DNA from: Alkalispirochaeta sp.
GTDB taxonomy: Bacteria; Spirochaetota; Spirochaetia; DSM-27196; Alkalispirochaetaceae
Length of the DNA stretch: 64,000 nt
Reading direction: 5' to 3'
Assembly (NCBI GenBank): GCA_965601925.1
Contig: OZ271854.1
Span: 4,640,001 to 4,704,000, forward strand
Shown: positions 27,593-37,118 of the stretch, piece by piece
Layout of the letters: each line of letters opens with the position of its first letter
Position numbering within the stretch: position 1 is the first letter of the stretch
Translations under genes and position numbers: made by a program
The notes under the pieces: generated by a model
What the model saw: the letters and a program-made list of their open reading frames with translations, nothing else
Told to the model about the DNA's origin: nothing
Database searches by the model: none

Positions 27593-28939
27593 ATGGCTAA
27601 GGCGCACAACGGCAACACGACCGACGGTGTCGGGACGGCGACGATACAGGGGAGCCCCACCGCGGGACTCGTGGGGGCGACGATCGGATTCTTCATCGGG
27701 TTCGCCGCGGTATCGCTGTTCGGCCCGACCGTAGCATATCTCCACCAACAGGTCGGGCTTTCGGCCGCCCTCGCGGGGCTACTCATATCGATTCCGAATC
27801 TAACCGGCTCACTGTTACGGATACCCTTTTCCGCGATGGTAGATCGAGACGGAGGACGTCGACCTTTTATCGCATTGCTGTCGGTCTCCCTGGTCGGTGT
27901 CGTCGGCATTGCCGTTATCATTTCACAGCCACGGGAACGCATATCGGAGTTGTACGGCTGGCTCCTTCTGTTCGGTGCCTTGGGTGGTTTCGGGAGCGCG
28001 ACGTTTTCGGTGGGTATCAGCCAGACCTCGTACTGGTTCGACCAGAAGCGTCAAGGGGCCGCGTTGGGAACCTACGCGGGGCTCGGCAACCTTGCCCCCG
28101 GCGTCTTCGCATTCCTGCTCAGTACGATAACCATTCCGCGCATCGGCCTCGCCGGGTCGTACGCGTTGTGGGCCGTTATGCTCGCCGTCGGTACCGCAAT
28201 CTATCTGAGGATCGGTAAAAACGCACCGTACTTTCAGCTGCGAGCGGCCGGGCTTGACGACGTGCAATCGCGGAAGCTCGCGGCGCATCACGGTCAAGTG
28301 TTGTTTCCCGCGTTCGGCGTCATGGAGTCGCTCAAACGTTCGGCCCGCGTCTGGCGGACGTGGATGCTCGTGGCGATCTACTTCACCAGTTTCGGCGGAT
28401 TCATGGCCCTCACCGGGTGGTTTCCCAAGTACTGGCAAGGCTACCACGGGGCGTCGATAGGGGTCGCGGGAAGTCTCGCCGCCGCCTACTCGATACTGGC
28501 CTCCCTTTCCAGAGTGGCCGGCGGCGCCGTTGCGGACCGAGCCGGGGGCGTACGTACCGCCCTCATCGCCATCGTGGCGCTCGCAGCCGCAGCGATCATG
28601 ATGACCTTCGCCGTAACCGCCGTTGTGGCGCTCCTCGCCATGCTCTTCATGGCGATCGCTATGGGGGTCACCAACGCCGCAGTGTTCAAACTCGTGCCTC
28701 AAGTGGTACCGGATGCGGTCGGCGGAGCGGCCGGTTGGGTCGGCGGCCTTGGGGCGTTCGGCGGGTTCGTCATACCCAACGTTCTGGCGGCGTTTTTGAA
28801 CGGCGGACCGCACGGCTATGCCCGCGGATTCGTCAGTTTCGTCGTCCTCGCGGTCGTCTCCGGCTTTGCAATCCTGGCGGTGGGACGACGAGATGCGGAC
28901 GAAACGACGAGGGGGCCACATCGGGAGGATTCGGCATGA
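27593..28939 (+). CDS. narK: Nitrate/nitrite MFS transporter
   Basis: GSLLRIP, ATFSVGI, YAGLGN, YFTSFGGF, SLSRVAGG, GGLGAFGGF: nitrate signature residues. Confidence 0.9.
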   Translation: MAKAHNGNTTDGVGTATIQGSPTAGLVGATIGFFIGFAAVSLFGPTVAYLHQQVGLSAALAGLLISIPNLTGSLLRIPFSAMVDRDGGRRPFIALLSVSLVGVVGIAVIISQPRERISELYGWLLLFGALGGFGSATFSVGISQTSYWFDQKRQGAALGTYAGLGNLAPGVFAFLLSTITIPRIGLAGSYALWAVMLAVGTAIYLRIGKNAPYFQLRAAGLDDVQSRKLAAHHGQVLFPAFGVMESLKRSARVWRTWMLVAIYFTSFGGFMALTGWFPKYWQGYHGASIGVAGSLAAAYSILASLSRVAGGAVADRAGGVRTALIAIVALAAAAIMMTFAVTAVVALLAMLFMAIAMGVTNAAVFKLVPQVVPDAVGGAAGWVGGLGAFGGFVIPNVLAAFLNGGPHGYARGFVSFVVLAVVSGFAILAVGRRDADETTRGPHREDSA

Positions 28940-31038
28940 AAACGATTCGAACGACCTGCAGTTACTGTTCCGTGGGGTGCAACTTCGACGTTGAGCTGGA
29001 CGACGGCGGGACGGTCACGCAGTACCGACCGAGTCCGTCCTACCCGGTCAATCGGGGAAGATCGTGTCCCAAAGGATTCAACCTGTTGGTTCCCTTCGAG
29101 GCGGATGATCGCCTCACTCGCCCCTTGGGGCGCGATACCTCCGGCAACCTCATCCCGATATCGTGGGACGAGGCGGCGCGACGCTTCGTCGACCGCTTCC
29201 GCACGACGCTGGAACGCTACGGGCCGGAGTCGGCGGCCTTCATCAGCACCGGGCAGATGCCGACTGAGGAGATGGCACTCCTCGGCGCCTTCGCGAAGTT
29301 CGGTATGGGTTTGATACACGGTGACGGGAATACCCGTCAGTGCATGGCCACGGCCGCAGTGGCGTACAAGCAGGCGTTCGGGTTCGATGCACCACCGTTT
29401 ACCTACACCGACGTGGAGGAATCGGACCTCTTGATTTTTGTGGGCGCCAACCCGGCAATCGCCCACCCCGTGTTGTGGCACCGTGTCAAAAAAAACCGAG
29501 ACCGAAAAACGGTGATCGTTATCGACCCGAGGCGGACGAAAACGGCCCACGCCGCGGACATCCACCTTCCGATTCAACCCAAAGGGGACCTGCAACTGCT
29601 CTACGCCGTGGCCCATGTACTGATCGAGCGGGAGTGGATCGATGCGCCGTTCGTGCGGAATCACACTTCGGGCCTCAAGGAGTACGCCGTTCACGTGCGC
29701 CGCTTCGATCCCGAGACCGTGGCGCCCGCCGTCGGACTCTCGGTCGCCGCACTATACGATCTCGCAGAGCGCATCCATCGGGCAAAAGCGGTTTCGGTCT
29801 GGTGGACGATGGGGGTCAACCAGAGCCACCAAGGGGTCCGGACGGCGCAGGGGATCATCAACCTCTGCCTCCTGACCGGCAATATCGGAAGACCCGGCAC
29901 GGGTCCCAACTCAATCACCGGCCAGGCCAACGCGATGGGTTCGCGGCTGTTCAGCAACACCACCGGCCTCTTCGCCGGCTATGATTTTCAGAAGCCTGAG
30001 GATCGCGCTCACATCGCCGACCTTATGGGAATCGACGTCGCACGAGTGCCGAGCAAAAACGGCGCGCCGTACCACAAGATTCTTGAAAAGATCGAAGAGG
30101 GAACGGTTCGAGCCCTCTGGATCATCGCCACCAATCCGGCCCATTCGTGGATCGGCAAGACACATCAACTCCTGGAGCGTCTAAAACGTCTCGATTTTCT
30201 CGTCGTGCAGGATCTCTACCGTACCGCGGAGACGGTCGAGCTGGCGGACCTCGTCTTACCGGCCGCGGGGAGCGGCGAGAAGGAGGGCACGTTCATCAAC
30301 TCCGAGCGACGAATCGGCGTCGTCCAAAAAGTGCTTGATCCGCCGGGGGAGGCGCGGAGCGACTTCGAGATCTTCAAGCTCCTCGCCGAGGCGTGGGGAT
30401 GCGGCGATCTCTTTGCACGGTGGAGGAGGCCGGAGGATGTATTCCGGTTCCTCGTCACAACGACAAAGGGCCGCCCGTGCGACATTACCGGTATCGAGGG
30501 CTACGATGCGCTACGAGAATCCGAGGGAATCCAGTGGCCCTTCCCGGACCACGATCGCGACGAGGGCGTGCATCGCCGCCTCTTCACAGACGGTCGCTTC
30601 TTCAACCCCGACGGACGGGCGCGCATACTCTTCTCCGACATCGAGGAGGTACCGGAGCCGGTCGACGAGCGCTACCCCTTTGTACTGCTGACCGGCCGCG
30701 GTACCGCGGTGCAGTGGCACACCCAGACGCGCACCGGCAAGGTTCCGGAGCTGCGCAGACACTACCCCGAGGAGGTGTACGCGGAGGTACACGCGACCGA
30801 CGCGGCGAACCTCGCCCTACGTGACGGCGACCGCGTACGAATATCGTCCCGCCGCGGAACGGTGACGGCCCGGTGCCGCGTGACCGATACCGTCGGCCCC
30901 GGCCGGATATTTCTCCCGATGCACTACCGGGAGACGAACGTACTGACCTTTCCCGCCTTCGACCCGTACAGCGCCGAGCCGAGCTACAAATGGGCGGCGG
31001 TCGCGCTACGACGGGTCGACGGAGACGAATCGCCGTGA
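28936..31038 (+). CDS. Cytoplasmic Mo-bisPGD nitrate reductase catalytic subunit (NasA/NarB/clostridial NarA type)
   Basis: TCSYCSVGC...CPKG [4Fe-4S] motif, GNTRQCMATA Mo-Cys, WTMGVNQ, SITGQANAMGSR; no Tat signal; ATGA overlap with narK. Confidence 0.9.
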   Translation: MKTIRTTCSYCSVGCNFDVELDDGGTVTQYRPSPSYPVNRGRSCPKGFNLLVPFEADDRLTRPLGRDTSGNLIPISWDEAARRFVDRFRTTLERYGPESAAFISTGQMPTEEMALLGAFAKFGMGLIHGDGNTRQCMATAAVAYKQAFGFDAPPFTYTDVEESDLLIFVGANPAIAHPVLWHRVKKNRDRKTVIVIDPRRTKTAHAADIHLPIQPKGDLQLLYAVAHVLIEREWIDAPFVRNHTSGLKEYAVHVRRFDPETVAPAVGLSVAALYDLAERIHRAKAVSVWWTMGVNQSHQGVRTAQGIINLCLLTGNIGRPGTGPNSITGQANAMGSRLFSNTTGLFAGYDFQKPEDRAHIADLMGIDVARVPSKNGAPYHKILEKIEEGTVRALWIIATNPAHSWIGKTHQLLERLKRLDFLVVQDLYRTAETVELADLVLPAAGSGEKEGTFINSERRIGVVQKVLDPPGEARSDFEIFKLLAEAWGCGDLFARWRRPEDVFRFLVTTTKGRPCDITGIEGYDALRESEGIQWPFPDHDRDEGVHRRLFTDGRFFNPDGRARILFSDIEEVPEPVDERYPFVLLTGRGTAVQWHTQTRTGKVPELRRHYPEEVYAEVHATDAANLALRDGDRVRISSRRGTVTARCRVTDTVGPGRIFLPMHYRETNVLTFPAFDPYSAEPSYKWAAVALRRVDGDESP

Positions 31039-31700
31039 GGCGACGGAACGGTACGCCGGTCGCCGCCTCCCGGGCGATGGAGGTCGGTGGGCCGCCTCCG
31101 CTCTACGGTCTGGTGCTCGGTGGAGGAAAGAGCGTGCGTATGGGCACGGCAAAGGAGCACCTCCGGTATCCGGCGCACCCCGCCTACCGGCGCCTCCTGG
31201 ACCTCTTCGAGGCCGCGTCGGTTCCGGCGTATCTCTCCGTTGCGTCCGATTCCCGAGACGGATCGTACCCGGATCAGCAGTATCCCCTCGCCGAGGCCGA
31301 CTGCGTGCTCGTCGATGCACTCCCGAACGTCGGACCGGCCGGTGGTCTCCATACCGCCCATCTGCGATTTCCGTCGGCCGCATGGTTCGTCGTGGCGTGC
31401 GATCTACCGTTCGTCGACGAGCGCACGGTATCGCACCTCATCGCCCGTCGCAGCATGACTGCGCACGTGACCGCGTACATCGATCGAGAGGGATGGATAC
31501 AACCGGTATGTGCCATATGGGAACCGCGAGCTTTGGAGCGATTGCAGCGTCGAGTTCGCTCCGGTAGGTTCGGACTGTATCGATCGATTGTCGGGGGGCC
31601 GATCCACACCGTGCCGGCGAATCACCCCTTCGAGCTCTGCGATGTCGATACTCCGGAGGAGTTACGACGGGCCCGGTCTCTCACGAATCCCGCATTATGA
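31035..31700 (+). CDS. mobA: Molybdenum cofactor guanylyltransferase
   Basis: LVLGGGKSVRMGTAK, GPAGG, VVACDLP, DVDTPEE. Confidence 0.88.
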   Translation: MRRRNGTPVAASRAMEVGGPPPLYGLVLGGGKSVRMGTAKEHLRYPAHPAYRRLLDLFEAASVPAYLSVASDSRDGSYPDQQYPLAEADCVLVDALPNVGPAGGLHTAHLRFPSAAWFVVACDLPFVDERTVSHLIARRSMTAHVTAYIDREGWIQPVCAIWEPRALERLQRRVRSGRFGLYRSIVGGPIHTVPANHPFELCDVDTPEELRRARSLTNPAL

Positions 31701-31712
31701 GGAGGGCAAGGT

Positions 31713-32408
31713 ATGAGAAGAACCAACGACCGCCGCTATCTGTCCGCGGTGATACGTGCGGGGTCTCTGTGGGGTATCGCCGAGGCGACCCTCGGATTTG
31801 CCCTGCATACCGCGAGCAGGGTCGCTCCGGTGCCCAACATTTCCGGAGCGGTCATGTTTCCCGTAGCATTGGCATTCATGCTCTACGCCGTCGGCGCGAC
31901 CCGCCGGAGCCACGCCGCTCTCTCCGCCGCTGTGGTAGCGGCGGCAATCAAAGCGGGGAGCCTCGTCCTGCCGGGAGTGAGCTTCATCTTCGTCCGCAAT
32001 CCGATCGTCGCCATCGTGGCGGAGGGGGCGGTGGTTACCGTCGGCGCCTCGCTGTACTCGTTAAAGCGTAATGGATGGCTCCTCGCGAAAGTATTGACCG
32101 TCGCGGTTGGATGGCGAGTCCTCTTCCTCGGTGTCAACCTGGCGTTTGGAATCCGCAGCGGCATCCTTGCCAAACCGCTTCCGACGATCATGAGCTTCCT
32201 GTGGATCGACTCACTGCTCAACACGGCGCTCTTCGGCGCTGCGCTGTGGTTCTTCACCGGGCGTACCGCCACGGCGGAGCGCAATGCGAAAGGGAGCGTC
32301 GGTATCGCATCGCCGTTACGTCTACGCACCGCACCGCAAGGTCTGTTCGCGACACCCGTCGTGTTGATCGTCGCACTCGCCGTGGAGATGGTCGCATCGA
32401 GTCTGTGA
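31713..32408 (+). CDS. Hypothetical integral membrane protein (about 6-7 TM), ECF S-component-like
   Basis: GAGGAGG RBS; hydrophobic throughout; GSLWGIAEATLG N-terminal motif. Confidence 0.75.
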   Translation: MRRTNDRRYLSAVIRAGSLWGIAEATLGFALHTASRVAPVPNISGAVMFPVALAFMLYAVGATRRSHAALSAAVVAAAIKAGSLVLPGVSFIFVRNPIVAIVAEGAVVTVGASLYSLKRNGWLLAKVLTVAVGWRVLFLGVNLAFGIRSGILAKPLPTIMSFLWIDSLLNTALFGAALWFFTGRTATAERNAKGSVGIASPLRLRTAPQGLFATPVVLIVALAVEMVASSL

Positions 32409-32420
32409 GTCGCCCGGCAC

Positions 32421-33875
32421 CTATATCCACCGCGACTCGGTATTGATCTCCGGCTCCAGACACTCCACGGGAGCGGGGGGCAGATCGGGCAGCGGCTGCT
32501 CCTCGATGACGCGAATCGAGCGCCATCGACCCGTAGCGAAGCGGAGATAGATCGCGCCACCCAGGGCGACGGCGAATCCGACGAAGAACCCCCAGATCTG
32601 AAGCGGTTCCAACTGCAGAACGCGTACGAACAGTACCGCCGCCGCGGCCATGACGTAGTGAATGACGACCGAAATTACCGCCACCATCCGCGTATCGCCG
32701 GCTCCACGCAGCGCTCCACCGAAGACCAACTGCGTTATGTCGGCGATCGTGTACAACGAGGCAAGGCGCAGCATCACCACGGCGAGCTCGAACAGTTCCG
32801 TCTCCGACGGCGAAAGCCCACCGGCAAAGACGGACACGAGAAATCTGGGCGCAAAGAGAAAGAGGCTCATCATGCAGATCGCATAGACGTACCCTACACG
32901 GAGCGCTAAAAACGTCGCCTTTCGCGCCCCGTCGGGGCTACCGGCGCCCATTTGTCGCCCCACGAGAGAGGTAACCGCAACGCTCAGACCGACCATGGGG
33001 ATGAAGGCGAGCATGTCGTAGTTGAATACGATGGTGACCGCCGCCGCAACGCCCGGCCCCAGCGAATGCGCCAACTGCACAAAGACGTTAAACGCGAAGA
33101 CGTTGAGGAAGAGCTCGAGGCCCGCCGGGAGTCCGAAGCGAATCAAACGCGACAGTAGATCCCTGTCGATCGCGGTGCGCTCCTTCGTCGTCGCCTCACG
33201 GAAGTACCGGTGGCGCACAAACGCCACGCCGAGAACGACGGCGATGAGGGTGCTTCCGACGATCGTGGCGATCGCCGCCCCGACGATCTCCAAGCGCGGC
33301 ATGCCGAATGCGCCGAAAATTAAGACGTAGTTGAGCGGGATGTTGATCACCATTCCCGATACGTTGGCGATCATAACGATGCGCGTGCGCCCTATACCGA
33401 GAAAAAATCCGACGAACGCTTGGCGTATCAGAACGAAGATTCCACCGAACATGAGGATACGGTAGTAGGTAAATCCGAGATCGATTTGCTCGGCGCTGTG
33501 GCCGGCCAGTACAAAGACGAGGCGCCCGATCGGGATCATTGCAATGACGCCGGGAAGAAAAAAGAGCGCGAGCCACAATCCCTGAACGGTGGTCGCTACG
33601 CATCGCTCGCGGCGTTTCGCTCCGTAATACTGTGCCACCAGGGCGTTGGTGTAGCCCACTATACCGGCAAACAGAGAGACGAAGACGAAACTCGATAGCC
33701 CGCCGCTCATCGACGCGGCCAGATGGAGACTGCCGAGACGCGAGAGAAAGAGCCGGTCGACGAAGAGCATGATCGTCTCCGACGCTTGAGACGCCACCAT
33801 GGGTAGAGCGACGCCGAACAACTCACGGAGAGACGGTGGTTCGATCCGACCCTCGTCGTATATAGCGGATGACAT
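32421..33875 (-). CDS. MATE family efflux transporter
   Basis: ALPM, VDRLFLSRLG, NIPLNYVLIFG, GLP, GALRGAGDTR. Confidence 0.92.
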   Translation of the reverse strand: MSSAIYDEGRIEPPSLRELFGVALPMVASQASETIMLFVDRLFLSRLGSLHLAASMSGGLSSFVFVSLFAGIVGYTNALVAQYYGAKRRERCVATTVQGLWLALFFLPGVIAMIPIGRLVFVLAGHSAEQIDLGFTYYRILMFGGIFVLIRQAFVGFFLGIGRTRIVMIANVSGMVINIPLNYVLIFGAFGMPRLEIVGAAIATIVGSTLIAVVLGVAFVRHRYFREATTKERTAIDRDLLSRLIRFGLPAGLELFLNVFAFNVFVQLAHSLGPGVAAAVTIVFNYDMLAFIPMVGLSVAVTSLVGRQMGAGSPDGARKATFLALRVGYVYAICMMSLFLFAPRFLVSVFAGGLSPSETELFELAVVMLRLASLYTIADITQLVFGGALRGAGDTRMVAVISVVIHYVMAAAAVLFVRVLQLEPLQIWGFFVGFAVALGGAIYLRFATGRWRSIRVIEEQPLPDLPPAPVECLEPEINTESRWI

Positions 33876-33917
33876 GGCCGGCACTATAGCACGAAGAGAG
33901 GAGCGCGGAGTATATCG

Positions 33918-35276
33918 CTATTGCCGCGCCGGAAGAATTTCGATCTCGACGCGCCGATTCGCCGAGCGCCCCTCCTCTGTGTCGTTGTCGGCCACCGGCT
34001 CCGTACCGCCCCGGCCGTCGTAGAGGAGTTGACCCGGCGCTATCCCGCGGCGGACCAGCTCTTCCACGATCCGCTCCGCCCGGTCGAAGGAGAGTTCGAG
34101 CTGGCTCAGCTGGGTCCCGACGTCGGCGGTGTGTCCGACAATGAGGATGGTGCGCTCCGGTACGGTACGCAACACGTCGGCTATCCCGTCGAGGCGCCCC
34201 TCCTCCCCGGGGAGCAAGACGGCCTGATCGGCGACAAACTGGAGATTTTGAATCGAGAGTGCGACGCGATTGTCCTCGGTAGCGCGAACGGTCACATCCT
34301 CGACATCGGTTCTTCGAATCCGTTCCGCGATCCGCTCAGCCTCGCTCTCGCCGTCGAAATCACCGCTCGATCGATACCACGTAAGGATGAAACCGGAACG
34401 CTCCTCGACGGATCCGGAGGGGTGCCTCAGCTGCTCTCTGATTGCGGTACGGTGGAGGACGGGCGGACCGCCGGCTACCGGCAGGAGGATCGTCGCCTCA
34501 TGACTCCCGTGCAGTACATAGTCGAACGGCAGTTGCGGCAGCCCCGCCATCAGCTCCCGCGCGGGGTGGCTTCCGAGGCGGCCCCTCGAGAGCGGCGCGC
34601 GCACCGCGTAGCGAGCCGTGACACGATGCACCTGGATTCCCTGATACGGTTCCACGCCCCCGTAGGTGTACTCGGCAAGCACCGGCACGGCGACCGCAAC
34701 GTCCCCTTCCAGATAGAGCTGCGCCACCCCGGCCGCCTCCCAACGTGCACCGGGGGGGACGGGCTCGTCGGGAAAACGCGGCACGGCGCGAAAGAGCGGC
34801 GCCCGCTGTCCCTCCGGCGCACGCATCTGTCCGGACGGTTCGAAGAGCACCGAAGCGTCGCGACGCTCCGCAATACGTTGGGCGATAGTTCGGCTGTCCC
34901 GGAGCGTCTCTTCACTCACCATGAGTTCTCCCACATACGGGAAGTCTGCGGCGTCCGCGATGCCGTCGTCTCGGGATAAGAGCAGCAGAGACTCGCGATT
35001 GGTGTGTCCCCGATATCGCCCATCGACGCGGGTGGAGTAATTCCAGCGGCGGGTTATCTCCACGTCGCGTCCCAAGTCGAGTGTGAGCAGTACCTCCTGT
35101 TGTGCAAAAACCGGCGGCGTAAGCACGAAAAACGCAAGGACCCGCATCAACCGTCCGAAGAAACGGAGAAAAGAAATGCGCTTCGGACGCCCATGAATGA
35201 ACGGCCCGCCGCTCCCTATGCCGCTCGTCTCATCGTACATCGTACAAACCGTGCGCCTTATCGCCTCTGCTCCCAT
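33918..35276 (-). CDS. OmpA family protein (spirochaete type); start uncertain (35276/35240/35147)
   Basis: C-terminal IVGHTADVG...LSFDRA...GRGGTEPVADNDTEEGRSANRRVEI; signal-like segment ending VFA-QQ. Confidence 0.85.
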   Translation of the reverse strand: MGAEAIRRTVCTMYDETSGIGSGGPFIHGRPKRISFLRFFGRLMRVLAFFVLTPPVFAQQEVLLTLDLGRDVEITRRWNYSTRVDGRYRGHTNRESLLLLSRDDGIADAADFPYVGELMVSEETLRDSRTIAQRIAERRDASVLFEPSGQMRAPEGQRAPLFRAVPRFPDEPVPPGARWEAAGVAQLYLEGDVAVAVPVLAEYTYGGVEPYQGIQVHRVTARYAVRAPLSRGRLGSHPARELMAGLPQLPFDYVLHGSHEATILLPVAGGPPVLHRTAIREQLRHPSGSVEERSGFILTWYRSSGDFDGESEAERIAERIRRTDVEDVTVRATEDNRVALSIQNLQFVADQAVLLPGEEGRLDGIADVLRTVPERTILIVGHTADVGTQLSQLELSFDRAERIVEELVRRGIAPGQLLYDGRGGTEPVADNDTEEGRSANRRVEIEILPARQ

Positions 35277-35339
35277 CGATCACAGCATAACACATAGGTC
35301 GCCGGTTACCACGCAGGCGACGCCGTCCCCGCCTATCCA

Positions 35340-37118
35340 CTACGCGGTACCGTGGCGAAGCACCGCCGCGACGGCGTACTGTTCTCGACGCAACGTCCCC
35401 GACGCGGGGAACGCTCTCAGCACGCGGTCCAAGGCGGGTACGCCGATGAGACGAATCATCTCCCGCCCCTCGAAGCTGCTCGCCCGCGCGAGGAGACGTC
35501 GGGGGAAGCGCATGATCTCCCGAAGGGCCGCCGCGCTCTCGATGGAATCGGGACGGTACGGTGCCCGGCCGTGTATGAGCATCTCGTTGGCCCATCCCAC
35601 CGAGCGTCCCTCTCCCGTGAGATATCCGAGCACACCTGCCCACTGCAGCGCCGCGAACAAGGGGTGTCCCGGCGGCGCGTCGCAGTACGGAAGGAGCATC
35701 GCCCCCGACTCCAACAAGCGCGCCTGAACCGCGCGGTGAGGTACGGCGTCGGGTCCTACACCACGTTCGACGCAAAGGGCGGCAAGCAACCCCGCCGCCT
35801 GCCCCACGAGCAACGCCACCGGTTGCAGACGCGTGGCGCCGTTTGCGAGCCCCGATACCGAGATACTCTTTTCCGCCGCGATTAGTCCGTCGACACCGTC
35901 CGGAATGAGACACCCCAACGGCACGGAAAAAGCGGGAATCGCCGGAAACGCGATCGCCGGCGCATCTGGGTCTTCTCGTCGATGGTGGTCCACCGGATAA
36001 TCGCCGACGGCGATCGCCTCGTCGATTATATCCCGGTGCCGGTCGCGGCGCGGCTCGACGATATGCTCCAGCGTAAGAAGACGGCGACCGATCACTCGAC
36101 GCGCCTCCCGGATATAGGGAATCAGCGGCAGTCCGTCGTCGGTGGGATATACACCGGGGGCGACCTCGATCATTCGATGGGGAAACCGAGCTTGGAGCTC
36201 CCCAATCAGCGAGAGTGTCTTTTCTTTAGCGAAGCGGAACATGCGCCGTCGGTTCGCGCCGTCGGCGAGGTAATCGGACGAGTAATCGTTGCCGCGGATC
36301 GGCCAGTTGAGCATAAAAAGCCCTCCCGGCAACGACGCATAATCGAAGAACCGATTCCAACTAATTCGACCTCCATCCAGAATATCGGGAAACGAAGGTA
36401 AGGGCTCAGCGGAATCGTCCCGTTCCGTCGCGGCGCCTCGGATGGAGAGGGTTGCGACGTAGGTGAAGTCCTGCGGCGTCGCATGGGGTATCTCGTCCGC
36501 CCAACGCTCTCCGGTAACCCTCCGAGATTCTAAACCGTAGCGCGTCGCGACACCGGCGATCGACAGAAAATCGCCGTACTCATCGGCCGCGATCGTGACC
36601 GAGGAGCGCACCTCTACCGCTCCGTCGTGAGTGGTACCGGTCGAGGATACCGGAACCGCGACGGCCCCCAGAATGCGCGTTCCTCGGCGGAGCGCCCGGA
36701 CCACCCGCCACCGTGAGAGCAGTATCAGCCCGGCCGGTCCCTCCGGGAGCGAGTGAGCCCCATCGGTACGGCCGTCGATCTCGACGACGTCACCGGACGC
36801 GGCCTCCCACACCATCTCTCGCACGATCCGCTCGGCAACGCGCGGTTCGCACGCCGTGTGACTGATCCATCCGGTAGCGAGGGCCTCCATACCGCCGTAA
36901 TGGTTCCATAGCCGTCGGCGGAGCTCGCCCCACAGTCCCGAGGGGAGGTTGTGGTTACCGTCAAATGCGCTAACACCGGCCGCGGTAATCATACCGCCGA
37001 GCCACGGCGTAGCCTCGACCATGACGACTCGTCGTCGACCTCTACACGCCGCGACGGCCGCTGCGACACCCGAGGCGCCGCCCCCGATGATGAGGACATC
37101 CGTCTCCAGATACCGCAT
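35340..37118 (-). CDS. FAD-dependent oxidoreductase (FAD_oxidored-type)
   Basis: DVLIIGGGASG, WLGGMITAAGVSAFDG, PYIREARR, GDYPVDHH, AEKSISVS, TRLQP; TGATG overlap with lacI. Confidence 0.88.
   Translation of the reverse strand: MRYLETDVLIIGGGASGVAAAVAACRGRRRVVMVEATPWLGGMITAAGVSAFDGNHNLPSGLWGELRRRLWNHYGGMEALATGWISHTACEPRVAERIVREMVWEAASGDVVEIDGRTDGAHSLPEGPAGLILLSRWRVVRALRRGTRILGAVAVPVSSTGTTHDGAVEVRSSVTIAADEYGDFLSIAGVATRYGLESRRVTGERWADEIPHATPQDFTYVATLSIRGAATERDDSAEPLPSFPDILDGGRISWNRFFDYASLPGGLFMLNWPIRGNDYSSDYLADGANRRRMFRFAKEKTLSLIGELQARFPHRMIEVAPGVYPTDDGLPLIPYIREARRVIGRRLLTLEHIVEPRRDRHRDIIDEAIAVGDYPVDHHRREDPDAPAIAFPAIPAFSVPLGCLIPDGVDGLIAAEKSISVSGLANGATRLQPVALLVGQAAGLLAALCVERGVGPDAVPHRAVQARLLESGAMLLPYCDAPPGHPLFAALQWAGVLGYLTGEGRSVGWANEMLIHGRAPYRPDSIESAAALREIMRFPRRLLARASSFEGREMIRLIGVPALDRVLRAFPASGTLRREQYAVAAVLRHGTA

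Noticed and set aside
28360..28935. Apparent 192-aa N-terminal extension of the nitrate reductase
   Set aside because: It overlaps narK; the true start is ATG 28936 with a GGGAGG RBS, followed directly by the Cys motif.
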